Shown here: in pieces, positions 47,896 through 57,752 of the stretch
Numbering within the stretch: the stretch's first letter is position 1
Layout: each line of letters starts with the position of its first letter
Assembly (NCBI GenBank): GCA_965248575.1
Contig: CBDFJQ010000002.1
Coordinates: forward strand, 4,480,001 to 4,544,000
Source: Planctomycetota bacterium
GTDB lineage: Bacteria > Planctomycetota > B15-G4
Reading direction: 5' to 3'
DNA length: 64,000 bases
The notes under the pieces: model-generated
Seen by the model: only the letters and a program-made list of their open reading frames with translations
What the model was told of the DNA's origin: nothing
Database searches by the model: none
Made by a program: the position numbers and the translations under genes

Positions 47896-49356
47896 ATGAA
47901 CATGACCACGGGCCTGAGCGACAAGAACTTCCCGACCATCATCCAAGGCGGCATGGGCGCCGGTGTCTCCGGCTGGACACTCGCGCGATCCGTCTCCAAG
48001 GCAGGCCAGCTCGGTGTGGTGGCGGGCACCGCCCTGGACGTGATCCTGGCGCGCCGACTCCAGCTCGGAGACCCAGGCGGACACATGCGCAGGGCGCTCG
48101 AGGTCTTGCCCTTGGCGGGTGTCGCCGAGCGTCTTGTCAAGCGCTACTTCATCCGTGGTGGCAAGCCCCAACACGCCCCCTTCACGCCATTGCCAGCGCT
48201 TGATGTGGAGATGCCCATCGAACGCAGCGAGCTGATCGTGGCGGCCAACTTCGCTGAAGTTCATCTGGCCAAGGAAGGCCACGGTGGTGTGGTTGGCATC
48301 AACTACCTGGAGAAGATCCAGCTGCCGACACTGCCGTCGCTCTATGGCGCCATGCTCGCGGAGGTGGACTCTGTGCTGATGGGTGCCGGCATTCCCCGCG
48401 CCATTCCACGTGTCCTCGAAGACCTCGCAGCAGGACGCGCCGTGCAGATTCCGGTGCACGTCCATGGCGCGAGTGCCGATCACGAGCACCTGCTGCACTT
48501 CGACCCAAACGAGCTCTTCGAATCCACGGCGCCGGTTCTGCCCCGCCCGAAGTTCATGGCCATCGTCGCCTCGGTCACGGTCGCCACGCTGATGGCGCGC
48601 AAGGCGGAGGGAGTCGTGGACGGGCTGATCCTGGAAGGCCCGCTGGCTGGCGGACACAACGCACCTCCCCGGGGAAAGCTTCGCCTGAACAGCGACGGGG
48701 AACCCATTTTTGGGGACCGCGATGTTCCCGACCTGCAGGCCATCCGTAAACTTGACGTCCCGTTCTGGATGGCCGGTTCCTTCTCCAGCCCGAAGCGGGT
48801 TCAAGCAGCCAAAGCACAGGGCGCGGTGGGTGTCCAAGTGGGCACAGCCTTCGCCTTTTGCGAACAATCGGGGATTGCACCAAGTCTCAAGCGGCGTGCC
48901 ATCGAGCAGATTCGCACAGGGACCCAGCACGTTCGGACTGACCCTCTCGCTTCTCCCACCGGCTTCCCCTTCAAGGTCTTCGAGCTGACAGAAACGCTGT
49001 CCGAGGGCGAGGTCTTTGAACAGCGCAAGAAAGTCTGCGACCTGGGCTACCTGCGGCAGGCCTTCCTGCAGCCCGCTGGTTCCGTGGGCTGGCGCTGCCC
49101 CGCAGAACCAGATGTGAGCTATCTGCACAAGGGCGGCGACACCGAGGAGATCGCAGGACGAAAGTGCGTCTGCAACGGACTGCTCGCGAACATCGGTCTG
49201 GGCCAGGTGTACCGCAACGGAAGATACGAACGCCCGCTGCTGACCTCCGGCTCCGATATGGAGGTGGTCGCCACCTTGCTCAACCGACACGGCGACAGCT
49301 ATTCAGCCGAAGACGTGCTCGACCTGCTTCTCGATCAGCGCGTCGCTCGCAACTGA
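47896..49356 (+). CDS. Nitronate monooxygenase/FabK-family FMN enzyme (long, Cys-containing type)
   Basis: IIQGGMG, LMGAGIP, EGPLAGGH, VQVGT, SPTGFPF; CDLG..CPAEP..CVC. Confidence 0.85.
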   Translation: MNMTTGLSDKNFPTIIQGGMGAGVSGWTLARSVSKAGQLGVVAGTALDVILARRLQLGDPGGHMRRALEVLPLAGVAERLVKRYFIRGGKPQHAPFTPLPALDVEMPIERSELIVAANFAEVHLAKEGHGGVVGINYLEKIQLPTLPSLYGAMLAEVDSVLMGAGIPRAIPRVLEDLAAGRAVQIPVHVHGASADHEHLLHFDPNELFESTAPVLPRPKFMAIVASVTVATLMARKAEGVVDGLILEGPLAGGHNAPPRGKLRLNSDGEPIFGDRDVPDLQAIRKLDVPFWMAGSFSSPKRVQAAKAQGAVGVQVGTAFAFCEQSGIAPSLKRRAIEQIRTGTQHVRTDPLASPTGFPFKVFELTETLSEGEVFEQRKKVCDLGYLRQAFLQPAGSVGWRCPAEPDVSYLHKGGDTEEIAGRKCVCNGLLANIGLGQVYRNGRYERPLLTSGSDMEVVATLLNRHGDSYSAEDVLDLLLDQRVARN

Positions 49357-49385
49357 CTGAATGGGGGCCAGCGCACGAGTCGACG

Positions 49386-52259
49386 TCACTGTCGCGTGAA
49401 CACCTCCGCTGCATCCCCAGCGACGAAACCCGAAGCTTCGCCTCCGCCGACCAGGAAGATGCGGCTGCCGTAGCGCGCCGGCACAGCCCCGTGCCGTGCG
49501 GTCGGCATCGAGGCTTCTTGTCGCCAGGTGTGTGTAAGCGGGTCGTACACATCCACGCGCTGATAGACACCGCTGGGCGAAGCCCCCGGGCCCGTGTCGG
49601 TCTGGCCGCCAAAGATGTAGAACTCGCCCGCATACCAGATGGCTTTCCCAGCGCCGCTGCGGCCGATGGGCATGGGCTGCAAGACTGCTCCCATGTCCGA
49701 GCTGCTGGACCAGCTGTCGCCTAGTGGATCGTAGACCTGCACATCGGCGAAGCCGTTGGCGACCCCCGGAAGATCGCCACTGCCAGGGCCGCAGCCTCCA
49801 AAGACCCACAAGCTCTGGCCATCCGTTCCAGCCGCCGCGTGATTGCGCGCCGCAGGCATGGGCGCCAGGGCCGCGCTCCAAGTGTTCGAGGCCGGCTCGT
49901 AGGCGTAGCATGCATCCGAGGTCGCCCCGCCGTCGAGATGTCCGCCCACTACATAGATCAGGGAGCCGATGCGCGCCGCACTGCAGGCGCCACCGTGCCA
50001 GGGCATATCGCTGCCCAAGCTCCACTGGTCGCCAAGCGGGTCGTAGATCTGCAACTTGCCCGCCGCGCCGCCCGAAAGCCCACCAAAGAAATACAGCAGG
50101 CCATCAAAGGCAACGCCCGCATGATCTCCACCGGCAAAGGAGCGCTGTGCAGGACTCGCTGGGGCAGCCCAGGTCTGGGCCGCGATGTCGTAGACATAGG
50201 TGTTGGAGTCCCCCGCCCCCAACAAGTACAGGATGCCGTCCTGCTCCAACATGCTTGTGTCCGCCACAGTCGCGGGCGGCTGTGGCATGTCCATCCAACG
50301 GCCCGGTTCCATGCCCGGTCCTGGGAAGAGGTAGCGGAATGCTGCGGACAAGGTGGAGGTTTCCCGCCCCGATCTGACCACCACGTCATGGAAACCCGTG
50401 CCCGCCCCAGGCATCGCAGGCACCACACCATGAATGCGTTTGCCACTCACCTCGGTGAGAACAGCAGGCAGACCGCCGATGGTCACCGAAGTCTGCGCAA
50501 GACCGGCGAAGTTCTTGCCCCCGATGACGAAGGCCGCTCCGCCCGTGCGCAACGCTCGCCACGGGAAGATGTCGTAAGCCGTCACACCCACGGCCGCGGG
50601 GTCTACCGGGCGCAGGACGTTCACATCCGTCCCTTGCAAATGCATGCCGAGCACCGCCCCTCCCGGGCCATTGCGAATGTTCAGCGACCAGGTCGTGGTG
50701 GGGGTGAAGTCATCGTCAAAGCTGCTGGAAAGACGCCCATCCGCTGACAGACTGATGCGCGCCAGTTCGCCGATCCAGCGCTGCACAAGCAGCTCTCCGC
50801 GCATGGCGCTGCGAAAACACGTGGCGCGGTATTCATCAATGCCATTGGTCGACGATTCGAGTTCGAGCAAGGGCGGCGCGTAGTCGTGTGGAATCGCGGG
50901 CGCTGTGGTGTGCTGATAGACGTACTGACGTGCATCCTCCGGCCCGCGGGCACGATTGGGGTGCCCGTAGTATTCCTCGGCTTCGATCAGCAGGAGCTCG
51001 TCGGGCGAGAGCACGTCACCTCCATCCGAAGCTGGCCCTGTGGAAGAGCCGCCGAAACCCGGATTGGGTCCATTGTCCGTGGCATACAGAAGGCCATTGG
51101 TGTGCAGCACGAGGTCGAAGGGGTTTCGCAGCCCCGGCGCGTGGACCGTGACATGACTGCCTGGAGCCACCGTCACGTCTTCGCCGTGCACCTGGTCATC
51201 ATCCGCGCCGTAAGGTGCCGCGCGCTCCAGATAGTGCACGAGCCCGTTGAAGTCCGGGCGCGAGGTTTTCGCCTTGAGAATCGCGCCAGCCAGCGGCGAC
51301 TCCGGGAGATCCCCGATGTTCACATGCTTGATGCCGGCATCGGTCGTCCCGCCCACGCACAATAGCAGGTCGCCGTTGTTGTCAAAGACCATGCCGTTGA
51401 CACCGTGGTCGTGATTGGAAGAAGGCAAGCCCGTGATCAGTGGCGCCGGAGCGTCAAAATCCGGCCCACTCAAGACGCTGACCTGACCCGGGTAGGGGGA
51501 GGGCCCAACGAAGGCCCCTCCACCCTGGGCGAACAACTCTGAATGGGCCACGTGGATCTTCACCACGCCCGACGTGTCGAAGGGGTCGAACGTGAGACCC
51601 AGGATCTCGTGATTGGCCAGCATGGAGACACCGTCGTAGGTGTCGTGCGATGTTTGTGCGTAGTCCTCATCAAAGCCGATGGCATGCACGGTGCCGGCCA
51701 GGGTGCCGACATACAGGCGACCATCCGGCCCCCAGTCAGCACAGGTGGGTTGCTCGGGCCACAGGTTGGAAGCCGTGGTCGTGAAGTTGAAGGCAATCGG
51801 CACCGGGCCGTCATCGACATAGCTCACGCTGTGCGATTCACTTTCCCCAAAGGCTGTCTCGACGCTGACCAGGATCTCCCCTGCCGAGTGCGGTGGCGCG
51901 TACAAGCGCACCTTTCGTGGCGAAACGGAAACCAGGCTACTGCCCGAAAGCTGCTGGTTGCCCCAGTGCACGATGAGGCCTGGCTTGGCACCAAACCCCA
52001 GGCCCGTGAGCACCACGCTGTCCCCGCCCGTTGCACCAAGCACGGAGCCACTGATGGCGAACAGTCTGGGAGGGCGTGCCATGGGCCGCGGCTGTCCCCA
52101 AAGTGTCACCGTGCTTTGTGCCCCAACGCTCCCAGAGACGAGCAGGATCCACAAGCACAAGAGGGTAGCCAAGCGAGTCCCGAGCCGCGCGCTGTCTACG
52201 CACAACGGCTCGGCGCGCAGAGCGCAATCACCGAGCGAATCTGCAGGACGATGAGACAT
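49386..52259 (-). CDS. Secreted IPT/TIG + glucose/sorbosone-dehydrogenase-like propeller + IPT + Kelch repeat protein
   Basis: GPDGRLYV, HDHGVNG, GLRNPFD, DNGPN, YYGHPN; about six Kelch repeats (GG..YDP..W..MP.AR); TGATG overlap with the upstream gene. Confidence 0.8.
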   Translation of the reverse strand: MSHRPADSLGDCALRAEPLCVDSARLGTRLATLLCLWILLVSGSVGAQSTVTLWGQPRPMARPPRLFAISGSVLGATGGDSVVLTGLGFGAKPGLIVHWGNQQLSGSSLVSVSPRKVRLYAPPHSAGEILVSVETAFGESESHSVSYVDDGPVPIAFNFTTTASNLWPEQPTCADWGPDGRLYVGTLAGTVHAIGFDEDYAQTSHDTYDGVSMLANHEILGLTFDPFDTSGVVKIHVAHSELFAQGGGAFVGPSPYPGQVSVLSGPDFDAPAPLITGLPSSNHDHGVNGMVFDNNGDLLLCVGGTTDAGIKHVNIGDLPESPLAGAILKAKTSRPDFNGLVHYLERAAPYGADDDQVHGEDVTVAPGSHVTVHAPGLRNPFDLVLHTNGLLYATDNGPNPGFGGSSTGPASDGGDVLSPDELLLIEAEEYYGHPNRARGPEDARQYVYQHTTAPAIPHDYAPPLLELESSTNGIDEYRATCFRSAMRGELLVQRWIGELARISLSADGRLSSSFDDDFTPTTTWSLNIRNGPGGAVLGMHLQGTDVNVLRPVDPAAVGVTAYDIFPWRALRTGGAAFVIGGKNFAGLAQTSVTIGGLPAVLTEVSGKRIHGVVPAMPGAGTGFHDVVVRSGRETSTLSAAFRYLFPGPGMEPGRWMDMPQPPATVADTSMLEQDGILYLLGAGDSNTYVYDIAAQTWAAPASPAQRSFAGGDHAGVAFDGLLYFFGGLSGGAAGKLQIYDPLGDQWSLGSDMPWHGGACSAARIGSLIYVVGGHLDGGATSDACYAYEPASNTWSAALAPMPAARNHAAAGTDGQSLWVFGGCGPGSGDLPGVANGFADVQVYDPLGDSWSSSSDMGAVLQPMPIGRSGAGKAIWYAGEFYIFGGQTDTGPGASPSGVYQRVDVYDPLTHTWRQEASMPTARHGAVPARYGSRIFLVGGGEASGFVAGDAAEVFTRQ

Positions 52260-53938
52260 CACAGGTCCAGCTCCTTGGAGGTCATGAGGATCGGGGCGCA
52301 TTTGCCCGTGGCTTCCCACAGTTCGTGCAGGATGCGCCCTGTGTCGTTGGTGAAATTTCCGCTTTGAAGCGCCTCGATGTAGTGCCGCGTCACGGTCTGG
52401 TAGTACAGGCGCACACGCGCGTGGGCTGCGCCGCGCGGAATCTTGAGCGCCAGGTCGTCCCAGTACTGACCATCGGCGTATTCCGCGCCGACCACTGGTG
52501 CGCCGGCCGCCTCGAAGGCCTCGTTCTCGAAACCGCGCGGCGGAATCCGGTTGTCCTTCTCAATGGTGGTGGCCAAGGCCATGTGCGTGGTCACGCCAAT
52601 CGGCAAGCCCGTGGCGATGGCTGCTTCCCGCGAGATCCCCACGTGCATCTCGTAGACGCGCGTGCTTTCTTCGTCGAGCTCGGCCGTCTCGAGGTTGTAG
52701 GCACCATGCTCACGCAGCAAGGATCCTTCCCCGTCCAAGAATTGGACGTTCAAGAAGACCCGTCGTCCCTCGATATGGCCCGTGGGTAGCTTGTGGCCCG
52801 TTTCATTGATGATCCGCACGCGTAAGAGCCCCCGGTCGCGCCGCGCAACAAGGCTCGCGGCGCGCTCCAACATGTCCACGGCCTTGTCACGGGCCACGCG
52901 CAAAGACAGCTGGTCTACATTGGGGTTGTCACGCTCATTGAGTCCGATGATGTCCAACACCCAAGCGGAAGCTCCCGCAAAGTCGTGCCGGGCTACATCG
53001 GGGCGGGTCGGTCCAAAAAAGCAGGCTTTGGCTTCGCTGCGCGGCATATGGCAGTCCTGGCAGCTGCTGACCGTGCTCGCGCCTTCGCCGCCGAACCGTC
53101 CAAGCATGTCGACACCGCCGTTGGCAAATGCGCTCAGTTGCCATTCGGAGAACGTGCGCTCCAAGGGGAACTGGCTGTGCAAGTCCGTGTCAGGCGTAGG
53201 CATGCCCGCAGAGTTGTAGATGTAGGTGCCGTCGGGCTGGCGGCTCACCGCCACATTGCCCACATCGTGGCAGGTGCCACACATCTCGCCAGAGCTGTGA
53301 AACGGCGAGTAGATCGTGGCGTGCGTGGACACCGCGTCAGGCCGTGGGCCACGCCGCGTGCCCGTGGGGTCCAACACGAACATCGCGTTGCCATAGTTCT
53401 CGGGCAGCGCCGTGTGTTGAGCAAGCGCGGCGAGGTCCTCAACGGGACTCACACCCGGCGTGTACACCGGGTCCACCATCGTGTGGCAGGCGTGGCACGC
53501 AACGCCTTCGCGATCAAAGTCATCCAGCGTCGAGCCGTCCGCATCGTAGGCATGCCCGGTCACGAAGCTGTTCGGGACATGACAACGCATGCAGAAGTAA
53601 CCCGCGTTGGGCACATCCTGATTGGCCGTCGTCATCTGCGCGAAGAACAGCGGGTCACGCCCCGACTGAGCCATGAGGCTGCCCTTCCAGGTGTCGCCCG
53701 GACTGTTGTCCACGTCGTAGAAGGCGTGGCAGCCCGAGCAGGCCTGGGAGGGTTGGATCACGTCGGTCCCCACCTGCCCCGCTTGGGTGCCGGGCAGAAG
53801 GAGGTCATCGAAACCCGCCGGCAGCTGCTGGGCAGGAAGCGTCGGACTCAACAGCAGAGCCAGAAGCAGGGCGGCGAGAGGCAGGTTCAAGCGACGGCAA
53901 GAAGCGCGCGTGGGTAACGCCGTGGGCTGGGCAGGCAT
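52259..53938 (-). CDS. Secreted pentaheme c-type cytochrome
   Basis: Signal peptide; CSGCH, CMRCH, CHACH, CGTCH, CQDCH; GHKLPTG. Confidence 0.9.
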   Translation of the reverse strand: MPAQPTALPTRASCRRLNLPLAALLLALLLSPTLPAQQLPAGFDDLLLPGTQAGQVGTDVIQPSQACSGCHAFYDVDNSPGDTWKGSLMAQSGRDPLFFAQMTTANQDVPNAGYFCMRCHVPNSFVTGHAYDADGSTLDDFDREGVACHACHTMVDPVYTPGVSPVEDLAALAQHTALPENYGNAMFVLDPTGTRRGPRPDAVSTHATIYSPFHSSGEMCGTCHDVGNVAVSRQPDGTYIYNSAGMPTPDTDLHSQFPLERTFSEWQLSAFANGGVDMLGRFGGEGASTVSSCQDCHMPRSEAKACFFGPTRPDVARHDFAGASAWVLDIIGLNERDNPNVDQLSLRVARDKAVDMLERAASLVARRDRGLLRVRIINETGHKLPTGHIEGRRVFLNVQFLDGEGSLLREHGAYNLETAELDEESTRVYEMHVGISREAAIATGLPIGVTTHMALATTIEKDNRIPPRGFENEAFEAAGAPVVGAEYADGQYWDDLALKIPRGAAHARVRLYYQTVTRHYIEALQSGNFTNDTGRILHELWEATGKCAPILMTSKELDL

Positions 53939-54148
53939 CGGTTCGGTTCCAGGTGCATGAGGTCAGTGAGAACCTCGATTCAACCTGACTTCGAGGCATC
54001 AAATGATACCTCTATCGGTTTATAGATGTCGGCTGGATTGACGGATCAAGCTGAGGAAAGCTTCAGAACAGCCATTTGAGCCCGTATTGGCCGCGCATAA
54101 GCCGACTTGGCGATGATTTTATGCTTGCTGGCTGAGTCTCTGGTCGAT

Positions 54149-54180
54149 AAACAGGTAAATAGGTTCGCGTTTACCTGTTT
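54149..54180. promoter_or_regulatory. Inverted repeat AAACAGGTAAA-N10-TTTACCTGTTT (candidate operator)
   Basis: Perfect 11-bp arms ending 15 bp before the had start codon. Confidence 0.65.
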
Positions 54181-54194
54181 GTGGAGTTTCAGCC

Positions 54195-55268
54195 ATGCAG
54201 ATCTCGTCCTGGGTCGTCCAGCAACCCGGTCAAGCCATGACCTTGGAGCAGCGGGATGCTGCCCCGGCTGCGGGTGAGGTGCTGGTCGAAGTGTCTGGCT
54301 GCGGCGTCTGCCACACCGACCTGGGCTTCTTCTTCGATGGTGTCCCCACCCGCCATGCCTACCCGCTGACGCTTGGTCACGAAGTTAGCGGCAAAGTCGT
54401 GGAAGCCGGGCCGGGGGTCGAGGCACTCGTGGGCCAAGACGTCGTCGTTCCTGCAGTGATTCCATGCGGGCGGTGCTTGGCGTGCACAACGGGGCACGGC
54501 CCGATCTGCAAGCAACAGATCTTCCCCGGCAACGACGTGCACGGCGGCTTCGGCTCGCATCTCGTCGTTCCTGCCCACGGCTTGTGCCCCGTCCCCGACC
54601 TCAGCAACCCGTCGGTCAATCCGACGGACCTCGACCTCGCCAGCCTGTCGGTGATTGCCGACGCTGTCTCCACGCCTTATCAGGCTGCTCTGCGGGCCGA
54701 CTTGCAGAGCGGCGACCTGGCCGTGTTCATCGGCACGGGGGGGGTGGGCGGCTTCGGTGTGCAGATCGCAGCGGCGATGGGGGCCCACGTCATCGCCATC
54801 GATGTGGACAGCGCGAAGTTGCAGGCGCTGGCCGAGCACGGCGTCGAACTCTCCCTCGACTCAAGCAGCCTCGGCTTCAAGGACCTCAAACAAGCCGTCA
54901 AGCAGTTCGCCCGCGAGCATGACATCCCCACTTGGCGTTGGCGCATCTTCGAAACCTCGGGAACGCCCGCCGGACAGTCCACGGCCTTCGGCCTGCTGGG
55001 GCATGCCAGCTACCTGTCGCTGGTGGGCTACACGCCAGAGAAGACCAGCGTGCGTCTCTCCAACCTGATGGCGCTGCATGCCACCGCCGAAGGCAACTGG
55101 GGTTGTCTTCCAGAACATTACCCAGCCGTGCTTGAGCTGGTGCTCAGCGGCCAGGTCAAGCTCGCGCCCTTCACAGAGCAACGACCGCTCTCATCCATCA
55201 ACGAAACCTTCGCCGACGTGCGCGACCATCGCGTCTCCCGTCGAGTGGTGCTCACTCCGGAAAGCTGA
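54195..55268 (+). CDS. had: 6-hydroxycyclohex-1-ene-1-carbonyl-CoA dehydrogenase
   Basis: Zn-ADH motifs CGVCHTD and LGHE; IADAVSTPYQA, GNWGC; operon context. Confidence 0.9.
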   Translation: MQISSWVVQQPGQAMTLEQRDAAPAAGEVLVEVSGCGVCHTDLGFFFDGVPTRHAYPLTLGHEVSGKVVEAGPGVEALVGQDVVVPAVIPCGRCLACTTGHGPICKQQIFPGNDVHGGFGSHLVVPAHGLCPVPDLSNPSVNPTDLDLASLSVIADAVSTPYQAALRADLQSGDLAVFIGTGGVGGFGVQIAAAMGAHVIAIDVDSAKLQALAEHGVELSLDSSSLGFKDLKQAVKQFAREHDIPTWRWRIFETSGTPAGQSTAFGLLGHASYLSLVGYTPEKTSVRLSNLMALHATAEGNWGCLPEHYPAVLELVLSGQVKLAPFTEQRPLSSINETFADVRDHRVSRRVVLTPES

Positions 55269-55270
55269 CC

Positions 55271-56380
55271 ATGACCTTCAAGAACCATGACCTGATCGAG
55301 CCCGCCGAGGTTACCGGAATCCTCTACGAAGAGGTGCCCGTCAAGGCTCCAAACGGCGAACCAGCGCCGGGGCTGCACAACGTGCGGATCACGCTGAACA
55401 ACCCCTCGCAGCTGAATTCCTACACGACCGAAATGGTCAAGGGAGTCATCACGAGCATGCGCCGGGCGAGCAATGACCGCGCTTGTGTGGCCGTGATCTT
55501 CACGGGCTCTGGCAGCCGCGCGTTCTGCACTGGCGGAAACACTGCCGAGTACGCCGAGTACTACGCAGGCCGCCCCGAGGAATACCGGCAGTACATGCGG
55601 CTGTTCAACGACATGGTCAGCTCGATCCTGATGTGCGACAAACCCGTGATCTGCCGAGTCAACGGCATGCGCATCGGCGGTGGCCAAGAGATCGGCATGG
55701 CCTGCGACTTCACAGTAGCCCATGACATGGCCATGTTCGGTCAGGCCGGCCCCAAGCACGGCAGCGCACCGGACGGCGGCAGTACCGACTTCCTACCGCT
55801 CTTCGTAGGCCTCGAAAAGGGCATGGACAGCTGCACCTTGTGCGATCACTGGAGTGCACACAAAGCCATGCGCCTGGGCCTGCTCACCAAGCTTGTTCCA
55901 GCACTGCGCATCGATGGCGAGTATGTGCCCAACCCCTTCGTGATCACGGATCGTTGGCTGGACGAGTTCGGCAACATCGTGCTCGGAGAGATGCACACGG
56001 GTGCGGACCGGAAAGCCGCCAAGGAAAGGGTTGCCGCGGGCAGCCTGGATCTCAGCGCACTGGATGACGCCGTGGACGAGCTGGCCACAAAGCTGGCCAT
56101 GACCATGCCCGGCTGCCTCTCCAAGACCATCGAGAGCGTGCGCAAGCACAAGCTGGAACACTGGGACAAGAACAAGGAATCCAACCGCGCCTGGCTCGGC
56201 CTGAACATGATGAACGAGGGCCGCGCAGGCTTCCGGGCCTTCCACGAAGGCAGTCGGGAGTGCCGCGAAGCTGACTTCCTGCTACTGCGACGCCGGCTTG
56301 CCGAAGGCGCCGTCTGGAGCAGCGATCTCGTGGACGAGATCCTGGCTCAAGCCCACGGCACAGCTCAATCCTGCACCTGA
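55271..56380 (+). CDS. oah: 6-oxocyclohex-1-ene-1-carbonyl-CoA hydrolase
   Basis: AFCTGGNTAEYAEYYAG, VNGMRIGGGQEIG, GPKHGSAP, NKESNRAWL. Confidence 0.95.
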   Translation: MTFKNHDLIEPAEVTGILYEEVPVKAPNGEPAPGLHNVRITLNNPSQLNSYTTEMVKGVITSMRRASNDRACVAVIFTGSGSRAFCTGGNTAEYAEYYAGRPEEYRQYMRLFNDMVSSILMCDKPVICRVNGMRIGGGQEIGMACDFTVAHDMAMFGQAGPKHGSAPDGGSTDFLPLFVGLEKGMDSCTLCDHWSAHKAMRLGLLTKLVPALRIDGEYVPNPFVITDRWLDEFGNIVLGEMHTGADRKAAKERVAAGSLDLSALDDAVDELATKLAMTMPGCLSKTIESVRKHKLEHWDKNKESNRAWLGLNMMNEGRAGFRAFHEGSRECREADFLLLRRRLAEGAVWSSDLVDEILAQAHGTAQSCT

Positions 56381-56394
56381 CCAGGGCTCACCGC

Positions 56395-56973
56395 ATGACA
56401 CCTTTCATCAACAAGCCGGCCAGAGCAACTCAGCCAGGGGCGGAACCCACAGCCTCGGCTGATGACGGCGCTGTTCGAGTGCGTGACTTGCAACCCAAGG
56501 ACATGCCTTCGGTACGCAAGATTGATGCCACTCATGCCGGCAAGCAGCGCACCGCATTCTGGAGGCGCATCGTGCAGGTGTTCTTCGCACGCCCGGAGAA
56601 TGACCGCTTCCGCGTGGCCCTCGCTGCGGAAACCACAAGCTCATCAGCAAGAGCGTCCCGCCGTTTCTCCGGCTTTCTCTTGGGCGAAGTGCGTGCCTTC
56701 GAGTTTGGCTCGGACGCTTGCGGCTGGATCTTCGCCGTCGGTGTCGACCCTCAAGATACGCGCGAGGGCGTCGCCTCCGCGCTGCTGAAGGAAGCCTGCG
56801 CACGCTTCAAGCAACAGGGTGTGCACAAGGTGCGCACCATGGTCCTGCGTGAGGACATTCCCGTGCTGGCCTTGTTCCGCTCCAGCGGATTCGTCGGTGG
56901 TGCCTTCGTTCAGCTCGAGGTCGAGCTCGACGACGATGGCAACGCCGCCCCATCAACGGAGAACGCAGCATGA
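56395..56973 (+). CDS. GNAT acetyltransferase (BadL-like)
   Basis: GEVRAFEFGS, VGVDPQDTREGVASALL, LFRSSGF. Confidence 0.8.
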   Translation: MTPFINKPARATQPGAEPTASADDGAVRVRDLQPKDMPSVRKIDATHAGKQRTAFWRRIVQVFFARPENDRFRVALAAETTSSSARASRRFSGFLLGEVRAFEFGSDACGWIFAVGVDPQDTREGVASALLKEACARFKQQGVHKVRTMVLREDIPVLALFRSSGFVGGAFVQLEVELDDDGNAAPSTENAA

Positions 56974-57752
56974 GCCCGTCCATCGTCAGCGAACGCGTCC
57001 GAAAAACCGTCCTGCAAGATGGCGCACTCTGGTCCCTCGAACTGGCCGGCCCACCCGCCAACGTGCTGGACAGCAGCATGGTCACGGAGCTCACGGCGCT
57101 GTTCGAGGAAGCTGCCGCCACACCTGGTCTGAAGGGCGTGTGCCTTTCCGGTCAGGGCGATCACTTCTCTTACGGCGCCAGCGTGCAAGAGCACAGCCCC
57201 GAGCAAGTGAGCGGCATGCTCGAGACCTTCAACCAGCTCTTCTTCGCCATTCACGCCGCTGCGATTCCGGTGCTTGCTGCTGTGCGCGGTCGCTGCCTCG
57301 GCGGGGGCCTGGAGCTCGCCGCGTTCTGCCACCGCGTGTTCGCGACCCCCGACGCGATTCTGGGCCAGCCAGAAATCGTGCTGGGTGTCATCGCTCCCGC
57401 GGCCTCCGCCTTGTTGCCCCACCGCATCGGTCAACGCCACACCGACGACCTGTGCCTCAGCGGACGCACGCTCAGCGGCACCGAGGCGCACGCCATGGGC
57501 CTCGTCGACGAGTTGGCAGTCGACCCAGCGCAAGCTGCCGAAGCCTGGTTCTCGAGCCATCTAGCGAAACACTCCGCCAGCTCGCTGCGCTTCGCAACGC
57601 GCGCAGCACGGTACGGCTTCGGCATGCGCTTCGAACGCGACATCCGAGAGCTCACGAAACTCTACCTCGACGAACTGATGCAAACGGCAGACGCCGTGGA
57701 GGGCATCAGCGCATTCCTTGAGAAACGCAGCCCCGTCTGGAGTGACGCATGA
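56970..57752 (+). CDS. dch: Cyclohexa-1,5-diene-1-carbonyl-CoA hydratase
   Basis: PPANVLD, HFSYGASVQEH, CLGGGLE, GQPEIVLGV, LYLDELM. Confidence 0.92.
   Translation: MSPSIVSERVRKTVLQDGALWSLELAGPPANVLDSSMVTELTALFEEAAATPGLKGVCLSGQGDHFSYGASVQEHSPEQVSGMLETFNQLFFAIHAAAIPVLAAVRGRCLGGGLELAAFCHRVFATPDAILGQPEIVLGVIAPAASALLPHRIGQRHTDDLCLSGRTLSGTEAHAMGLVDELAVDPAQAAEAWFSSHLAKHSASSLRFATRAARYGFGMRFERDIRELTKLYLDELMQTADAVEGISAFLEKRSPVWSDA

Noticed and set aside
54038..54049. TTGAC-GG-ATCAA as an FNR/AadR box
   Set aside because: Spacer is 2 bp instead of the required 4
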